37,902 nt of DNA from Candidatus Binataceae bacterium. Its GTDB lineage: Bacteria; Desulfobacterota; Binatia; Binatales; Binataceae. The DNA lies in assembly GCA_035279875.1 (NCBI GenBank), contig DATEGX010000094.1:1-37902 (forward strand), in the 5' to 3' direction. The notes below the pieces were generated by a model that searched no databases, had not been told where the DNA came from, and was given only the letters and a program-made list of their open reading frames with translations. Shown one piece after another: positions 27,713 through 35,927 of the stretch. Within the stretch, counting starts at the first letter, position 1, and each line of letters opens with the position of its first letter. The position numbers were made by a program, and so were the translations under genes.

Positions 27713-27721
27713 ATTATAACA
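27713..27721 (-). promoter_or_regulatory. Candidate extended -10 promoter element (TGTTATAAT) reading toward rpoD
   Basis: The minus strand reads ...cgtTGTTATAATagtg..., a perfect TGnTATAAT. There is no good -35 at 17 nt. If used, it gives rpoD a leader of roughly 210 nt. Confidence 0.35.
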
Positions 27722-28134
27722 ACGATTTTGCAACCCACCGGTTTCATCGGGGAGAAGGAGTGGGGCTCGTGGCCGGAATCGGAACCGATTTTGGGGCAAA
27801 ATCTGAAACAGCCGTCACATTGACGAACACTCGCTTAGATCAATCCAAAACCCGTGCCGGTGGTTCCCTAATTATTTCGTTGTAGCCCTTCGAGAGCCGG
27901 AAGACTGTGAAAAGCGGGCCATTCGACGTATTTGTCTAGATTATGCTGTCTATAACTTATGCATCCTATGGTTATCGATAATGCTGAAAATCATCGCATT
28001 CCTGTTTCTCCAAGAAGCCGCGCGGCTATGAATCACAAATGCGAGAAGCCATGGGCGTCGGTATGAATCCTACGTTAGGGGCTTTCGTGGATATTTGACT
28101 AACTCCACTGGAAGCAGGTGACCCCATCGGCTCT

Positions 28135-28845
28135 CTACTTCGGTGATGGAGCGAACATTGGGGCCGGACAGCATGTGTCGGTAGGGCAAGGTCCACCGCA
28201 CAAAAACGTTTGAGTATGCTGCGAATGGAACGGGGACCAATTGGCGCGGAACGTCACCGTCACACCTATCCAAGCCTTCATCGGTGGTGACTGCGAAAAA
28301 ACATATTCCTCGACGCTTTTGCATTCCACTGTAGAAGTATCGCTCGGTCCCAGCGTTCCTAGTTGCTGACGTTGAGGTCCCACAAAGCCGAAATTGCTTA
28401 AGGACACATGGTTTGGATACTCCACCTGCTCCAGATCACAGATCGCCTCAACGTCGTTCAAACTTAATGGGCCTTCATTTTTCAGAATGAACCGCTTCGG
28501 AACGGACATCCAAGCTGGATCACCCGACGGCAAAAATTCCCACGGCTCCAGAAACTTCGTATCTACAGCTATCGACACCCTGCTAAACAAGCCTGGGAGA
28601 CCGACAACCAACGTCAGAATCAGTCCACAGACTGTAAGTGCTACTCCGTGGTGACGAAAAAAATTACTCTTCAGCCGCCCAAAAAATTCGCTCACCTTTG
28701 TTTCATTCACCAAGAGACTCCGACCAATTAAGCATGTCGGCGGTAAGCCCAAATATGAAGCTGGTCCAATATCGAAAGCGTTGCGGCCCAGCAAATTGTG
28801 GTCGGTGTTTTTGGCCATGTCCAGCCGCCACTTTAGGCCGGCCAC
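28135..28845 (-). CDS. Hypothetical single-pass membrane protein in a low-GC patch (no family recognised)
   Basis: This is the only long ORF in the region. There is one hydrophobic helix (HGVALTVCGLILTLVVGLPGLF) about 60 aa in, then a ~150-aa C-terminal domain ending ...FLCGGPCPTDTCCPAPMF.... The start is either GTG at 28845 or ATG at 28818, and neither has a clear SD. Confidence 0.5.
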   Translation of the reverse strand: MAGLKWRLDMAKNTDHNLLGRNAFDIGPASYLGLPPTCLIGRSLLVNETKVSEFFGRLKSNFFRHHGVALTVCGLILTLVVGLPGLFSRVSIAVDTKFLEPWEFLPSGDPAWMSVPKRFILKNEGPLSLNDVEAICDLEQVEYPNHVSLSNFGFVGPQRQQLGTLGPSDTSTVECKSVEEYVFSQSPPMKAWIGVTVTFRANWSPFHSQHTQTFLCGGPCPTDTCCPAPMFAPSPK

Positions 28846-28963
28846 GGGCTCGGATTTAAGTTTGTCCGATTCTGCGCTTTACCTTGCGCTGCGGGTTCCT
28901 CGTCGGGGTAGGTTGTGAGCCGCAACGCTTCGGACGACAATTCGATGCGTTGGCATCGCGGCT

Positions 28964-31285
28964 ATGAACCGATACGAGGAAATCTGCGCCCAGTTTTATG
29001 GTAACCGGTTACTGTTCGGCGATCCGGCCAGTGCGGGCGTAATTGCAGTCGAAATCGCCGGCCGCAACCAGGTCGAAGTCTTCCGGCGGGTCCAAGGTGA
29101 CCTCAAGTGCGAACGGCGCCCGCTCGCGCTGTTCGCCCTGGTTTTCGATCGTGAATTACTGCGGGGGCTCCGCGCCGCCCACCTCGTCGCCGAGTTGCGA
29201 GGCGATTTCCCGCTGCGTTACCTCGTCCGCTTCGATTCGCTCGACGCCTTGGATGCCGCGCGGCGCCATCTGCGGCACGTTAGCGGCAAAGCCCCTGGCG
29301 CACCTGATGCCCCATACCTGATACTTGCCGATCCGGTCGAGCAATACCTGATGCTGACCGGCACCACCTACTTCATGGGAATGCAGTTCGGCGACCTTCG
29401 CCGGCTGCAACTCGATATCGAGACCTACATCAGCGAGGGCTTCGAGTTTCCGTCGGCGGCGCGCGCCGGTGACCGGATTATCGCGATCGCGCTGACCGAT
29501 AGTGACGGCTTCGAGCGGGTATTGTCCGGCCGTGAGATGGACGAGCGCACGATGCTGGCCGAGATGGTACGGCTCATCCGCGAGCGCGATCCAGACGTGA
29601 TCGAAGGGCACAATCTGTTCCGCTTCGACCTTGAATACCTCGAGGCTCGGTCCGCGCGTCATCGCGTGGCGCTGGCACTGGGGCGCGACGGCTCGGGACT
29701 GCGCGCGCGTGCCTCGCGGATGCAGATTGCCGAACGGGTGATTGCGTATCGCCGTTACGATATCTACGGCCGCAGTATCGTCGACACCTGGATGCTGGCG
29801 CAGCATTACGATATCGCCAGCCGGGAGCTCGAGGGCTTCGGGCTGAAGCATCTGGCGCAGCATTTCGGGGTCGCGCGGCCAGGCCGGGTTTATCTCGATG
29901 CCTCGCGCGTAAGCGAATATTTTGACCGGCGCGCCGATGATTTGTTTGCTTACGCGCTTGACGATGCGCGCGAGGCGGGAGCGCTGGCGGAAATGCTGTC
30001 GCCGAGTTATTTCGTCCAGGCGCAGATCTTTCCGTACTCCTACCAGAACACGGTTTTGCGCGGCAATGCCACGAAGATCGACGCGCTGCTGATGCGCGCC
30101 TATCTGGCCGCCGACCATTCAATTCCCTTGCCGAACGAGCCCAGCGAAGTGGCTGGGGGTTACACCGAAGTGCGCCGCTGCGGGGTGGCCCGCAACGTAC
30201 TCCATTGCGACGTAACTTCGCTTTATCCGTCGCTGATGCTCGAGGGCGGGCATCAACCGGCCAACGACCGGCTTGGAGTTTTCCTGCGCATGCTTGCGGA
30301 TTTGCGTAGTTTCCGGGTCGCAGCCAAGGCGGCGGTGCGCGAACTGGAAGGCATCGAGCGGCGTAACCTCGAGGCGCTGCAGCAGACCTTCAAAATTCTG
30401 ATCAACTCGTTTTACGGCTACCTGGGTTTTTCGCTGGGACATTTCAATGATTTCGCGCAGGCAAACACCGTCACGCGCCGCGGCCGTGAGCTAATCCAGC
30501 GGGCAATCGCCGAACTCGAGGAGCGCGGGGCCCAGGTGATCGAGGTCGACACCGACGGAATTTACTTCGTTGCGCCCTTCCCGCCTTCGGACGAAGATGC
30601 CGCGCGCGTGCTGATAGAGCGAATCGGTGCTTCGATGCCGCCTGGCATCCGCCTCGAAATCGACGGTTACTACCCCGCGATGTTCAGCTACAAGATGAAG
30701 AACTACGTGCTGCTCGACCAGCAGGGCGAAGTGACGATTCGCGGCTCGGGACTCAAGTCGCGCGGGCTCGAACGGTTCCAGCGCCGCTTCATGGAGGAGA
30801 TGTTCGGCTTGCTGCTGAGCGGCCGGCGCGAGGCAATCACAGAACTCCACCAGGAATACCGCAGCCGTCTCGAACGTCACGAATTCGGCATCGCTGACCT
30901 GATGAAAACCGAGACGCTGCAGGATTCTCCCGAGACCTACCGTGAAAAGCTCGGCGGCAGGCGGCGTAATATCGCGGCCGCCTATGAACTTGCGCTCAAG
31001 GCCGAGCGGCCGTACCTGAGCGGGGACCAGATCTCGTACTACGTGACGGGGCGCGGCGCCAACGTGCGAGTCGCCGCTGCGGCAAAGTTGGCTGCCGAGT
31101 ACAAAACCGCCCGGCCCGACGAGAACATCTGGTACTACCAGGCCAAGCTGGCCGACCTCTACGAAAAATTCCGCCCCTTCGCCGAACGAGAAGGCCTGTT
31201 CGATCCCGAAGAGCTCGAGCGCGTCGAAAATGCGGCGCCGGTTCAGCAGGAGCTGTTCGCCGATTTTGCCAAATCTGCCAAGTAG
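28964..31285 (+). CDS. polB: Family B DNA polymerase (Pol II-like) with 3'-5' exonuclease domain
   Basis: ExoI DIET (29414-29425), ExoII NLFRFDLEYL, ExoIII YALDDAR. Pol motif A DVTSLYPS (30209-30232), motif B KILINSFYGYLG, motif C VDTDG (30545-30559) and a KMKNY (KKxY-like) motif. 773 aa. Confidence 0.9.
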   Translation: MNRYEEICAQFYGNRLLFGDPASAGVIAVEIAGRNQVEVFRRVQGDLKCERRPLALFALVFDRELLRGLRAAHLVAELRGDFPLRYLVRFDSLDALDAARRHLRHVSGKAPGAPDAPYLILADPVEQYLMLTGTTYFMGMQFGDLRRLQLDIETYISEGFEFPSAARAGDRIIAIALTDSDGFERVLSGREMDERTMLAEMVRLIRERDPDVIEGHNLFRFDLEYLEARSARHRVALALGRDGSGLRARASRMQIAERVIAYRRYDIYGRSIVDTWMLAQHYDIASRELEGFGLKHLAQHFGVARPGRVYLDASRVSEYFDRRADDLFAYALDDAREAGALAEMLSPSYFVQAQIFPYSYQNTVLRGNATKIDALLMRAYLAADHSIPLPNEPSEVAGGYTEVRRCGVARNVLHCDVTSLYPSLMLEGGHQPANDRLGVFLRMLADLRSFRVAAKAAVRELEGIERRNLEALQQTFKILINSFYGYLGFSLGHFNDFAQANTVTRRGRELIQRAIAELEERGAQVIEVDTDGIYFVAPFPPSDEDAARVLIERIGASMPPGIRLEIDGYYPAMFSYKMKNYVLLDQQGEVTIRGSGLKSRGLERFQRRFMEEMFGLLLSGRREAITELHQEYRSRLERHEFGIADLMKTETLQDSPETYREKLGGRRRNIAAAYELALKAERPYLSGDQISYYVTGRGANVRVAAAAKLAAEYKTARPDENIWYYQAKLADLYEKFRPFAEREGLFDPEELERVENAAPVQQELFADFAKSAK

Positions 31286-31410
31286 CCGCGGCGCCGGAAA
31301 ATCTGCTAGGTGGAAGACTATGCCCGCGGCAAGCTTGGTGGATAAGCGTGCGGGCCAACGCCCGACCTAGAACAATAAACGGGCCTCGCGCCCGCAAAGG
31401 ATTGACGACC

Positions 31411-32484
31411 ATGGCCGAGCAAACAAGCGCGATCGATTGGGGCAAAGTGAAGGGCTTCGCCGGGTTGATGATGAACGACCTGGGCGCCGCGATGCAGGGG
31501 GCGCTGACCTATATCGGCGACCGCCTGGGCATCTTCAAGTCGCTGGCGGAAGCCGGCGCGGTCACCAGCGCGGAACTCGCTGCCCGCTCCGGGCTGAACG
31601 AGCGTTATCTGCGCGAATGGCTCGGCGCGATGACCGCGGCGAAGTATATCGAGTACGATCCCGCAACCAAGCGTTATTCGATGACCCCCGAGCACGCGAT
31701 GATCCTTGCCAACGATGATTCGCCGTTCTTTATGGGCGGGTTCATGCAGATGGTGGTGCCAGAGGTCGGGATGGCGACCAAGTTGCTCGATTCGTTCCGC
31801 ACCGGGAAGGGCCTGCCGCAGAGCGAATACCCGCCCGAAGTGTTCGAGGCGATCGAACGCGGCTCGGCCCCGATGTATCGCCATAGCCTGGTGCGGAAAT
31901 GGCTTCCAGCCATGCCGCAGGTGGTCGAGGCGCTCAACAACGGCGGCGCCTGCCTTGACGTGGGATGCGGGAGCGGCCGCGCTGCGATCACGATTGCGAG
32001 CGCATTTCCCAAGGCGCAGGTGCACGGCTACGATGCTCATGCTGGCTCAGTCGAACGCGCGCGCACCAACGCCCAAGCGGCCGGGGTCGGCGAGCGGATA
32101 ACCTTCGACGCGGTGGACTGCACCAGGCTCCCAGCCGAACGTTTCGACTTCATCTCGGTGTTCGACGTGGTGCACGACTCGGTCGATCCCTCCGGTCTGC
32201 TGAAATCGATTCGCGGCGCGCTCAAGCCCGACGGCACCTGCCTGATGGTCGAGGTCAACGTCTCGAACAAGCTCGAGGACAACATCAGCCCGATGGGCCG
32301 GATGATGTACGCGGCCAGCACGCTCTACTGCATGACGGTCTCGCTGGCACATGGCGGCGCGGGTATCGGAGCGCTGATGGGTGAGGACAAGGCGCGCGAA
32401 CTCGCGCACGGGGCCGGATTCAACCGCTTCCAGCGGCTGCCGGTCAAGGACGCATTTTCGGTGCTTTACGAGCTGCGGCGCTAG
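31411..32484 (+). CDS. Class I SAM-dependent methyltransferase with N-terminal winged-helix domain (Rv2258c-like architecture)
   Basis: N-terminal wHTH-like region (IFKSLAEAGAVTSAELAARSGLNERYLREWLGAM) followed by SAM motif I (CLDVGCGSG). I prefer the ATG at 31411 (MAEQTS...). Confidence 0.8.
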   Translation: MAEQTSAIDWGKVKGFAGLMMNDLGAAMQGALTYIGDRLGIFKSLAEAGAVTSAELAARSGLNERYLREWLGAMTAAKYIEYDPATKRYSMTPEHAMILANDDSPFFMGGFMQMVVPEVGMATKLLDSFRTGKGLPQSEYPPEVFEAIERGSAPMYRHSLVRKWLPAMPQVVEALNNGGACLDVGCGSGRAAITIASAFPKAQVHGYDAHAGSVERARTNAQAAGVGERITFDAVDCTRLPAERFDFISVFDVVHDSVDPSGLLKSIRGALKPDGTCLMVEVNVSNKLEDNISPMGRMMYAASTLYCMTVSLAHGGAGIGALMGEDKARELAHGAGFNRFQRLPVKDAFSVLYELRR

Positions 32485-32613
32485 CGCGGAAAATTCGCAC
32501 TCCGATCGCGCGGCTTGCCCGGCCAGGCGGGCGCAGTTAGACATGAAACCCCGCAGGCCGAAGGTCTCCTTCGCCGCGGATTGCGTTCAGGCAGCAACGA
32601 GGAGCCCATCGGA

Positions 32614-33387
32614 ATGGGAATTGCGGACGGCAAGCGCGCGCTGATAGTCGGCGTCGCCAATGACAAGAGCCTGGCATGGTCGATCGCGCAGGAGTTGCGC
32701 GCGCAAGGCGCCGAGCTTGCTCTGACCTTCCAGGGCGAGGTGCTGGAAAAGCGTGTGCGGCCGCTCGCGGCGCAAATTGGCGCCACCGTAATCGGTGAGC
32801 TTGACGTCGCGGACGATGGTCACATCGCTTCGGTTTTCGGCAAGCTCAAGGAGCTGTGGGGCGGGCTCGACATGATGGTGCATGCGGTCGCGTTCGCCGA
32901 GCGCGAGGACCTGCGCGGCCGTTTTCTCAACGTCAGCCGCGCCAATTTCGGGCGCGCCCTGGATATCAGCGCCTATTCGCTGGTTGCGCTGACGCGGGCC
33001 GCGGAGCCCTTGATGGAAGCGCGCGGAGGCGGCTCGATCGTCGCGATGACCTACCTCGGCGCGGTCCGCGCGATACCTAACTACAATGTTATGGGCGTGG
33101 CGAAGGCCGCGCTCGAAGCCTGCGTCCGTTACCTCGCCCTCGACCTCGGTCCCAAGAATATCCGCGTCAACGCGCTCAGTGCCGCGCCAGCCCGCACGCT
33201 CGCATCGGCGGCGATCCACGGCTTCCACGACATGGCGCACGAGGTCGAGCAGCGTTCACCGCTCGGACGCGCGATGAAGCCGGAGGAAGCCGGCCGGATG
33301 GCGGCGGCGCTGCTCAGCGAACTCGGCAGCGGGGTCACGGGTCAGACAGTTTATGTCGATATGGGCTACAATGTGGTTGGCCTGTAG
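32614..33387 (+). CDS. fabI: Enoyl-[acyl-carrier-protein] reductase (NADH) FabI
   Basis: GKRALIVGVANDKSLAWSIAQ, ...YLGAVRAIPNYNVMGVAKAALEA (Tyr/Lys catalytic region), ...GQTVYVDMGYNVVG. ATG at 32614, with GGAG at 32601-32604, 9 nt upstream of it. Confidence 0.9.
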   Translation: MGIADGKRALIVGVANDKSLAWSIAQELRAQGAELALTFQGEVLEKRVRPLAAQIGATVIGELDVADDGHIASVFGKLKELWGGLDMMVHAVAFAEREDLRGRFLNVSRANFGRALDISAYSLVALTRAAEPLMEARGGGSIVAMTYLGAVRAIPNYNVMGVAKAALEACVRYLALDLGPKNIRVNALSAAPARTLASAAIHGFHDMAHEVEQRSPLGRAMKPEEAGRMAAALLSELGSGVTGQTVYVDMGYNVVGL

Positions 33388-33428
33388 AATTGCCCGCGTC
33401 TCGAGCGCGGGTCCGGCGGAGAAATCTC

Positions 33429-34205
33429 ATGGCGATAATTCCGGTCCCTCAACTTTCGGATAACTACGCGTATCTGATCGTCGACGACGCGAGCTCTCAG
33501 TGCGGCGTGGTCGATTGCGCCGAGGCCGAGAAGGTGCTGGCCGAGGTCAACCGTCTCCGACTCAAGCTGGTTGCGGTGTTGCCGACCCATTACCACTTCG
33601 ACCATGTCGGCGGTAATGAAGACCTGGTCCGCGCGCTGCCCTCTCTGCGGGTGTATGGCGCGCGCGCCGAGGGCGGACGGATACCTGCACAGACTCATCC
33701 GGTCGACGACGGCGGCACCGTGGAAATCGGAGCCCTCCGGGGCCGGGTAATCGGAATCCCGGCGCATACCAACGGCCACATCGCTTACTATTTTCCAGAG
33801 CTCAAGGCGGTCTTTACCGGCGATACGTTGTTCATCGCCGGATGCGGCCGGGTTTTCGAAGGCAAGGCCCAGACCATGGTCGATTCGCTGGCAAAGCTGA
33901 ACGCGCTGCCCGACGACACCCACGTTTACTGCGGTCATGAATACACCGAAAAGAACCTGCGCTTCGCGCTCACGCTCGAGCCCAGCAATCCGGCGCTGAA
34001 GGCCAAATACGAATGGGCACGAAAGACCCGCGCCGACGGCAAGTATACGATTCCCTCGACTATCGGAGACGAAAAACTGTTCAATCCGTTCCTGCGCACC
34101 GACAGCGCCGAATTGCGCGCCAGCTTGAAGAAAATTGCCCCGAACATCGGCGATGACGCGGTGTCGATCTTCGCCAAGGCGCGCGAGCTAAAGGATAAGT
34201 TCTAA
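33429..34205 (+). CDS. gloB: Hydroxyacylglutathione hydrolase (glyoxalase II) GloB
   Basis: IIPVPQLSDNYAYLIVDD..., THYHFDHVGGN, ...CGHEYTEKNLRFA..., ...FNPFLR. 258 aa from the ATG at 33429. Confidence 0.9.
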   Translation: MAIIPVPQLSDNYAYLIVDDASSQCGVVDCAEAEKVLAEVNRLRLKLVAVLPTHYHFDHVGGNEDLVRALPSLRVYGARAEGGRIPAQTHPVDDGGTVEIGALRGRVIGIPAHTNGHIAYYFPELKAVFTGDTLFIAGCGRVFEGKAQTMVDSLAKLNALPDDTHVYCGHEYTEKNLRFALTLEPSNPALKAKYEWARKTRADGKYTIPSTIGDEKLFNPFLRTDSAELRASLKKIAPNIGDDAVSIFAKARELKDKF

Positions 34206-34217
34206 GCGAAGCAGTGG

Positions 34218-34997
34218 TCAGCGCGGCGCAGCCACGTGCCCGCAATGCAGCATCACTGCGATCTCGTTCTTAAAGACTGGCGGTACGCCGCCGGGCGCAT
34301 CGCGCAATGCCGCATTTATGCGCTCGATGCCCTCGGCGTACTCCGCGTCGCTCAGCAAGGTCATCTGCGAGCATCCGTTTCGCCGCAACTCCGGATCATT
34401 GAACACGTCGAGGCCTACGCGACTATCGCCGAAACGGCCGTCCATGCGGGATTCGACCCCATCGAACCCCGCTCGCAGCATCGTGTCGGCGATCTGACCT
34501 GACGAGGGGTAACGGCGGAGGTCAGTCGCCTTGGTCTCGGGGAAATAGTCGTAGACGCACCACGAGTCACGTCCGTGATGCGGGTCCATGCCGATGATGG
34601 CCAGGACTCCGCCGGCTCTGAGCAGCCGCCGCGCCTCTTTGATGAAGCTCTCAATTTCGCCGAAATGGTGCAGGGCGTTTACGCAAAAGACCAGGTCGAA
34701 AGCAGCGCCGCGAAAGGGCAGGATTTCAGCAGTGCCACGAACCAATCCGCCCGCCTCCGGTTTCTGACGGGCGCGCCGCAACATTTCGAGCGAGTAGTCT
34801 AGCCCGATCACTCCCGGCACCAGATCGCGTATCGCTTCGAGCCAGTAGCCGGTGCCGCATCCCACTTCGAGCGCACGTCCGGGTCGCCGTGCCGCAACCA
34901 GCCCGCGCAATGCCCGCAGGAGGTCGTTGTACGCACCCGAAGCGTAGCGAGCGTCGAAGATCGGAGCGATTTCGTCGTAATTCACACGTCGCGCCAT
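34218..34997 (-). CDS. Class I SAM-dependent methyltransferase (Methyltransf_11-like)
   Basis: Motif I ALEVGCGTGYW and post-I/II motifs (FDLVFCVNALHHF, GGVLAI). Confidence 0.8.
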   Translation of the reverse strand: MARRVNYDEIAPIFDARYASGAYNDLLRALRGLVAARRPGRALEVGCGTGYWLEAIRDLVPGVIGLDYSLEMLRRARQKPEAGGLVRGTAEILPFRGAAFDLVFCVNALHHFGEIESFIKEARRLLRAGGVLAIIGMDPHHGRDSWCVYDYFPETKATDLRRYPSSGQIADTMLRAGFDGVESRMDGRFGDSRVGLDVFNDPELRRNGCSQMTLLSDAEYAEGIERINAALRDAPGGVPPVFKNEIAVMLHCGHVAAPR

Positions 34998-35078
34998 TGG
35001 TGGGGCACCCCCCTACTCCATCGAGTTTCTGCCGTGCCGGGGCCTCTCATGGCATGATTTCGCGGCTATTTTGTCGGA

Positions 35079-35108
35079 TTGACACGTTTGTGCAACCGGC
35101 CTTATGTT
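35079..35108 (+). promoter_or_regulatory. Candidate sigma-70 promoter (TTGACA-N18-TATGTT)
   Basis: A perfect -35 TTGACA sits at 35079-35084 and TATGTT at 35103-35108, about 68 nt upstream of the ATG at 35176. Confidence 0.4.
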
Positions 35109-35175
35109 AGGCACCTGCTGTTAGAGTAGCACCGGGAAAAAAACGGCCATTGCGGCCCCAAGAGGAGAGACGACC

Positions 35176-35820
35176 ATGAACCGTGACTTCGAGTTCAAGC
35201 AGCTCTTGCGCGCCTATCGCGCGGGCATCATTACCGAGCAAACCTTCGAGCAGGAAATGGCTAGCCTTGAGGGCGGCGCGAACGGAAGCGCTAACGGTTC
35301 AGGTGGTTTTCGCGCATTCGGCAAGACGTACGCGAACGAACGCGAGGCGATTGTCGCTTTTCTCGACCGCGCGCGGGTGGCCGAGGCCAATGCCGGTGTG
35401 GCCTTCGAAAATTGGGCGAACGTATGCACCACCGAGTGCGTACGCAGCGGATTGCGGATGATCGCCGAGCGCGAGAGCTATCATGGCCGCATGTTCGAAA
35501 AGCGCATGAAGGCACTTGGCGCCGAATGCCGCGCGGAAGTCAGCGAGGATAGCCGCAAGTTCTCTGAATGCGTGTCGGGCAGCATGGCGGATAACGAAAA
35601 GCTCCTGCAGTTCAACAAATTGGTGCCGGATCCGGCCGCTGCGACCAAGCCGATTCTCGAATTCGCCGAGATGATCCAGCACGACCTCGAAACCAAGGAA
35701 ATGCTCAAGCTTTTCTATGAGGACGAGTTGTCGAGCACCAAGTGGCTGCAGTATGCCTGCGGAGCGCTGAATGCCCCCGCGCAGGCATCGCAAATGGCCC
35801 AACCGTCGGCCTCGGCGTAA
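35176..35820 (+). CDS. Hypothetical protein: SHOCT-like N-terminal motif, Gly/Asn/Ser linker, helical (ferritin-like?) domain
   Basis: AGGAG RBS upstream. The N-terminal FKQLLRAYRAGIITEQTFEQEMASL resembles the SHOCT motif. The helical remainder has a single ExxH (AERESYH). A strong terminator follows. Confidence 0.6.
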   Translation: MNRDFEFKQLLRAYRAGIITEQTFEQEMASLEGGANGSANGSGGFRAFGKTYANEREAIVAFLDRARVAEANAGVAFENWANVCTTECVRSGLRMIAERESYHGRMFEKRMKALGAECRAEVSEDSRKFSECVSGSMADNEKLLQFNKLVPDPAAATKPILEFAEMIQHDLETKEMLKLFYEDELSSTKWLQYACGALNAPAQASQMAQPSASA

Positions 35821-35841
35821 CAAAAGCGTAAATCGAATGAA

Positions 35842-35877
35842 AAGAGCGGGGCTTTCAAGGCCCCGCTCTTGTTTTTT
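35842..35877 (+). terminator. Rho-independent terminator
   Basis: AAGAGCGGGGC (35842-35852) pairs perfectly with GCCCCGCTCTT (35860-35870) around a 7-nt loop, followed by GTTTTTT. Confidence 0.85.
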
Positions 35878-35927
35878 GGCTGCAATCTCAGGCTAATGGA
35901 GTCAAAAACTCTTGGGGGGGGAATTCG

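Noticed and set aside
27769-27885. A 38-codon ORF (GTG start, VAGIGTDFGAKSETAVTLTNTRLDQSKTRAGGSLIISL) preceded by GGAGAAGGAG.
   Set aside because: It has no recognisable family and no adjacent maturation or partner genes. It lies within the probable rpoD promoter region, and the SD-like purine run alone is insufficient. It is worth a look only if ribosome profiling or conservation supports it.
27504-28873. A shared 8-mer, TCCGATTC, near both edges of the low-GC patch (about 27504 and about 28866), considered as att-like direct repeats.
   Set aside because: An 8-nt match between two ~150-nt border zones is close to the chance expectation. There is no integrase or tRNA to support an integration event.
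29156-30122. ORFs of 320 aa and 182 aa on the minus strand.
   Set aside because: They are antisense to polB, which carries all Exo and Pol motifs in frame. Their composition is a high-GC artefact.
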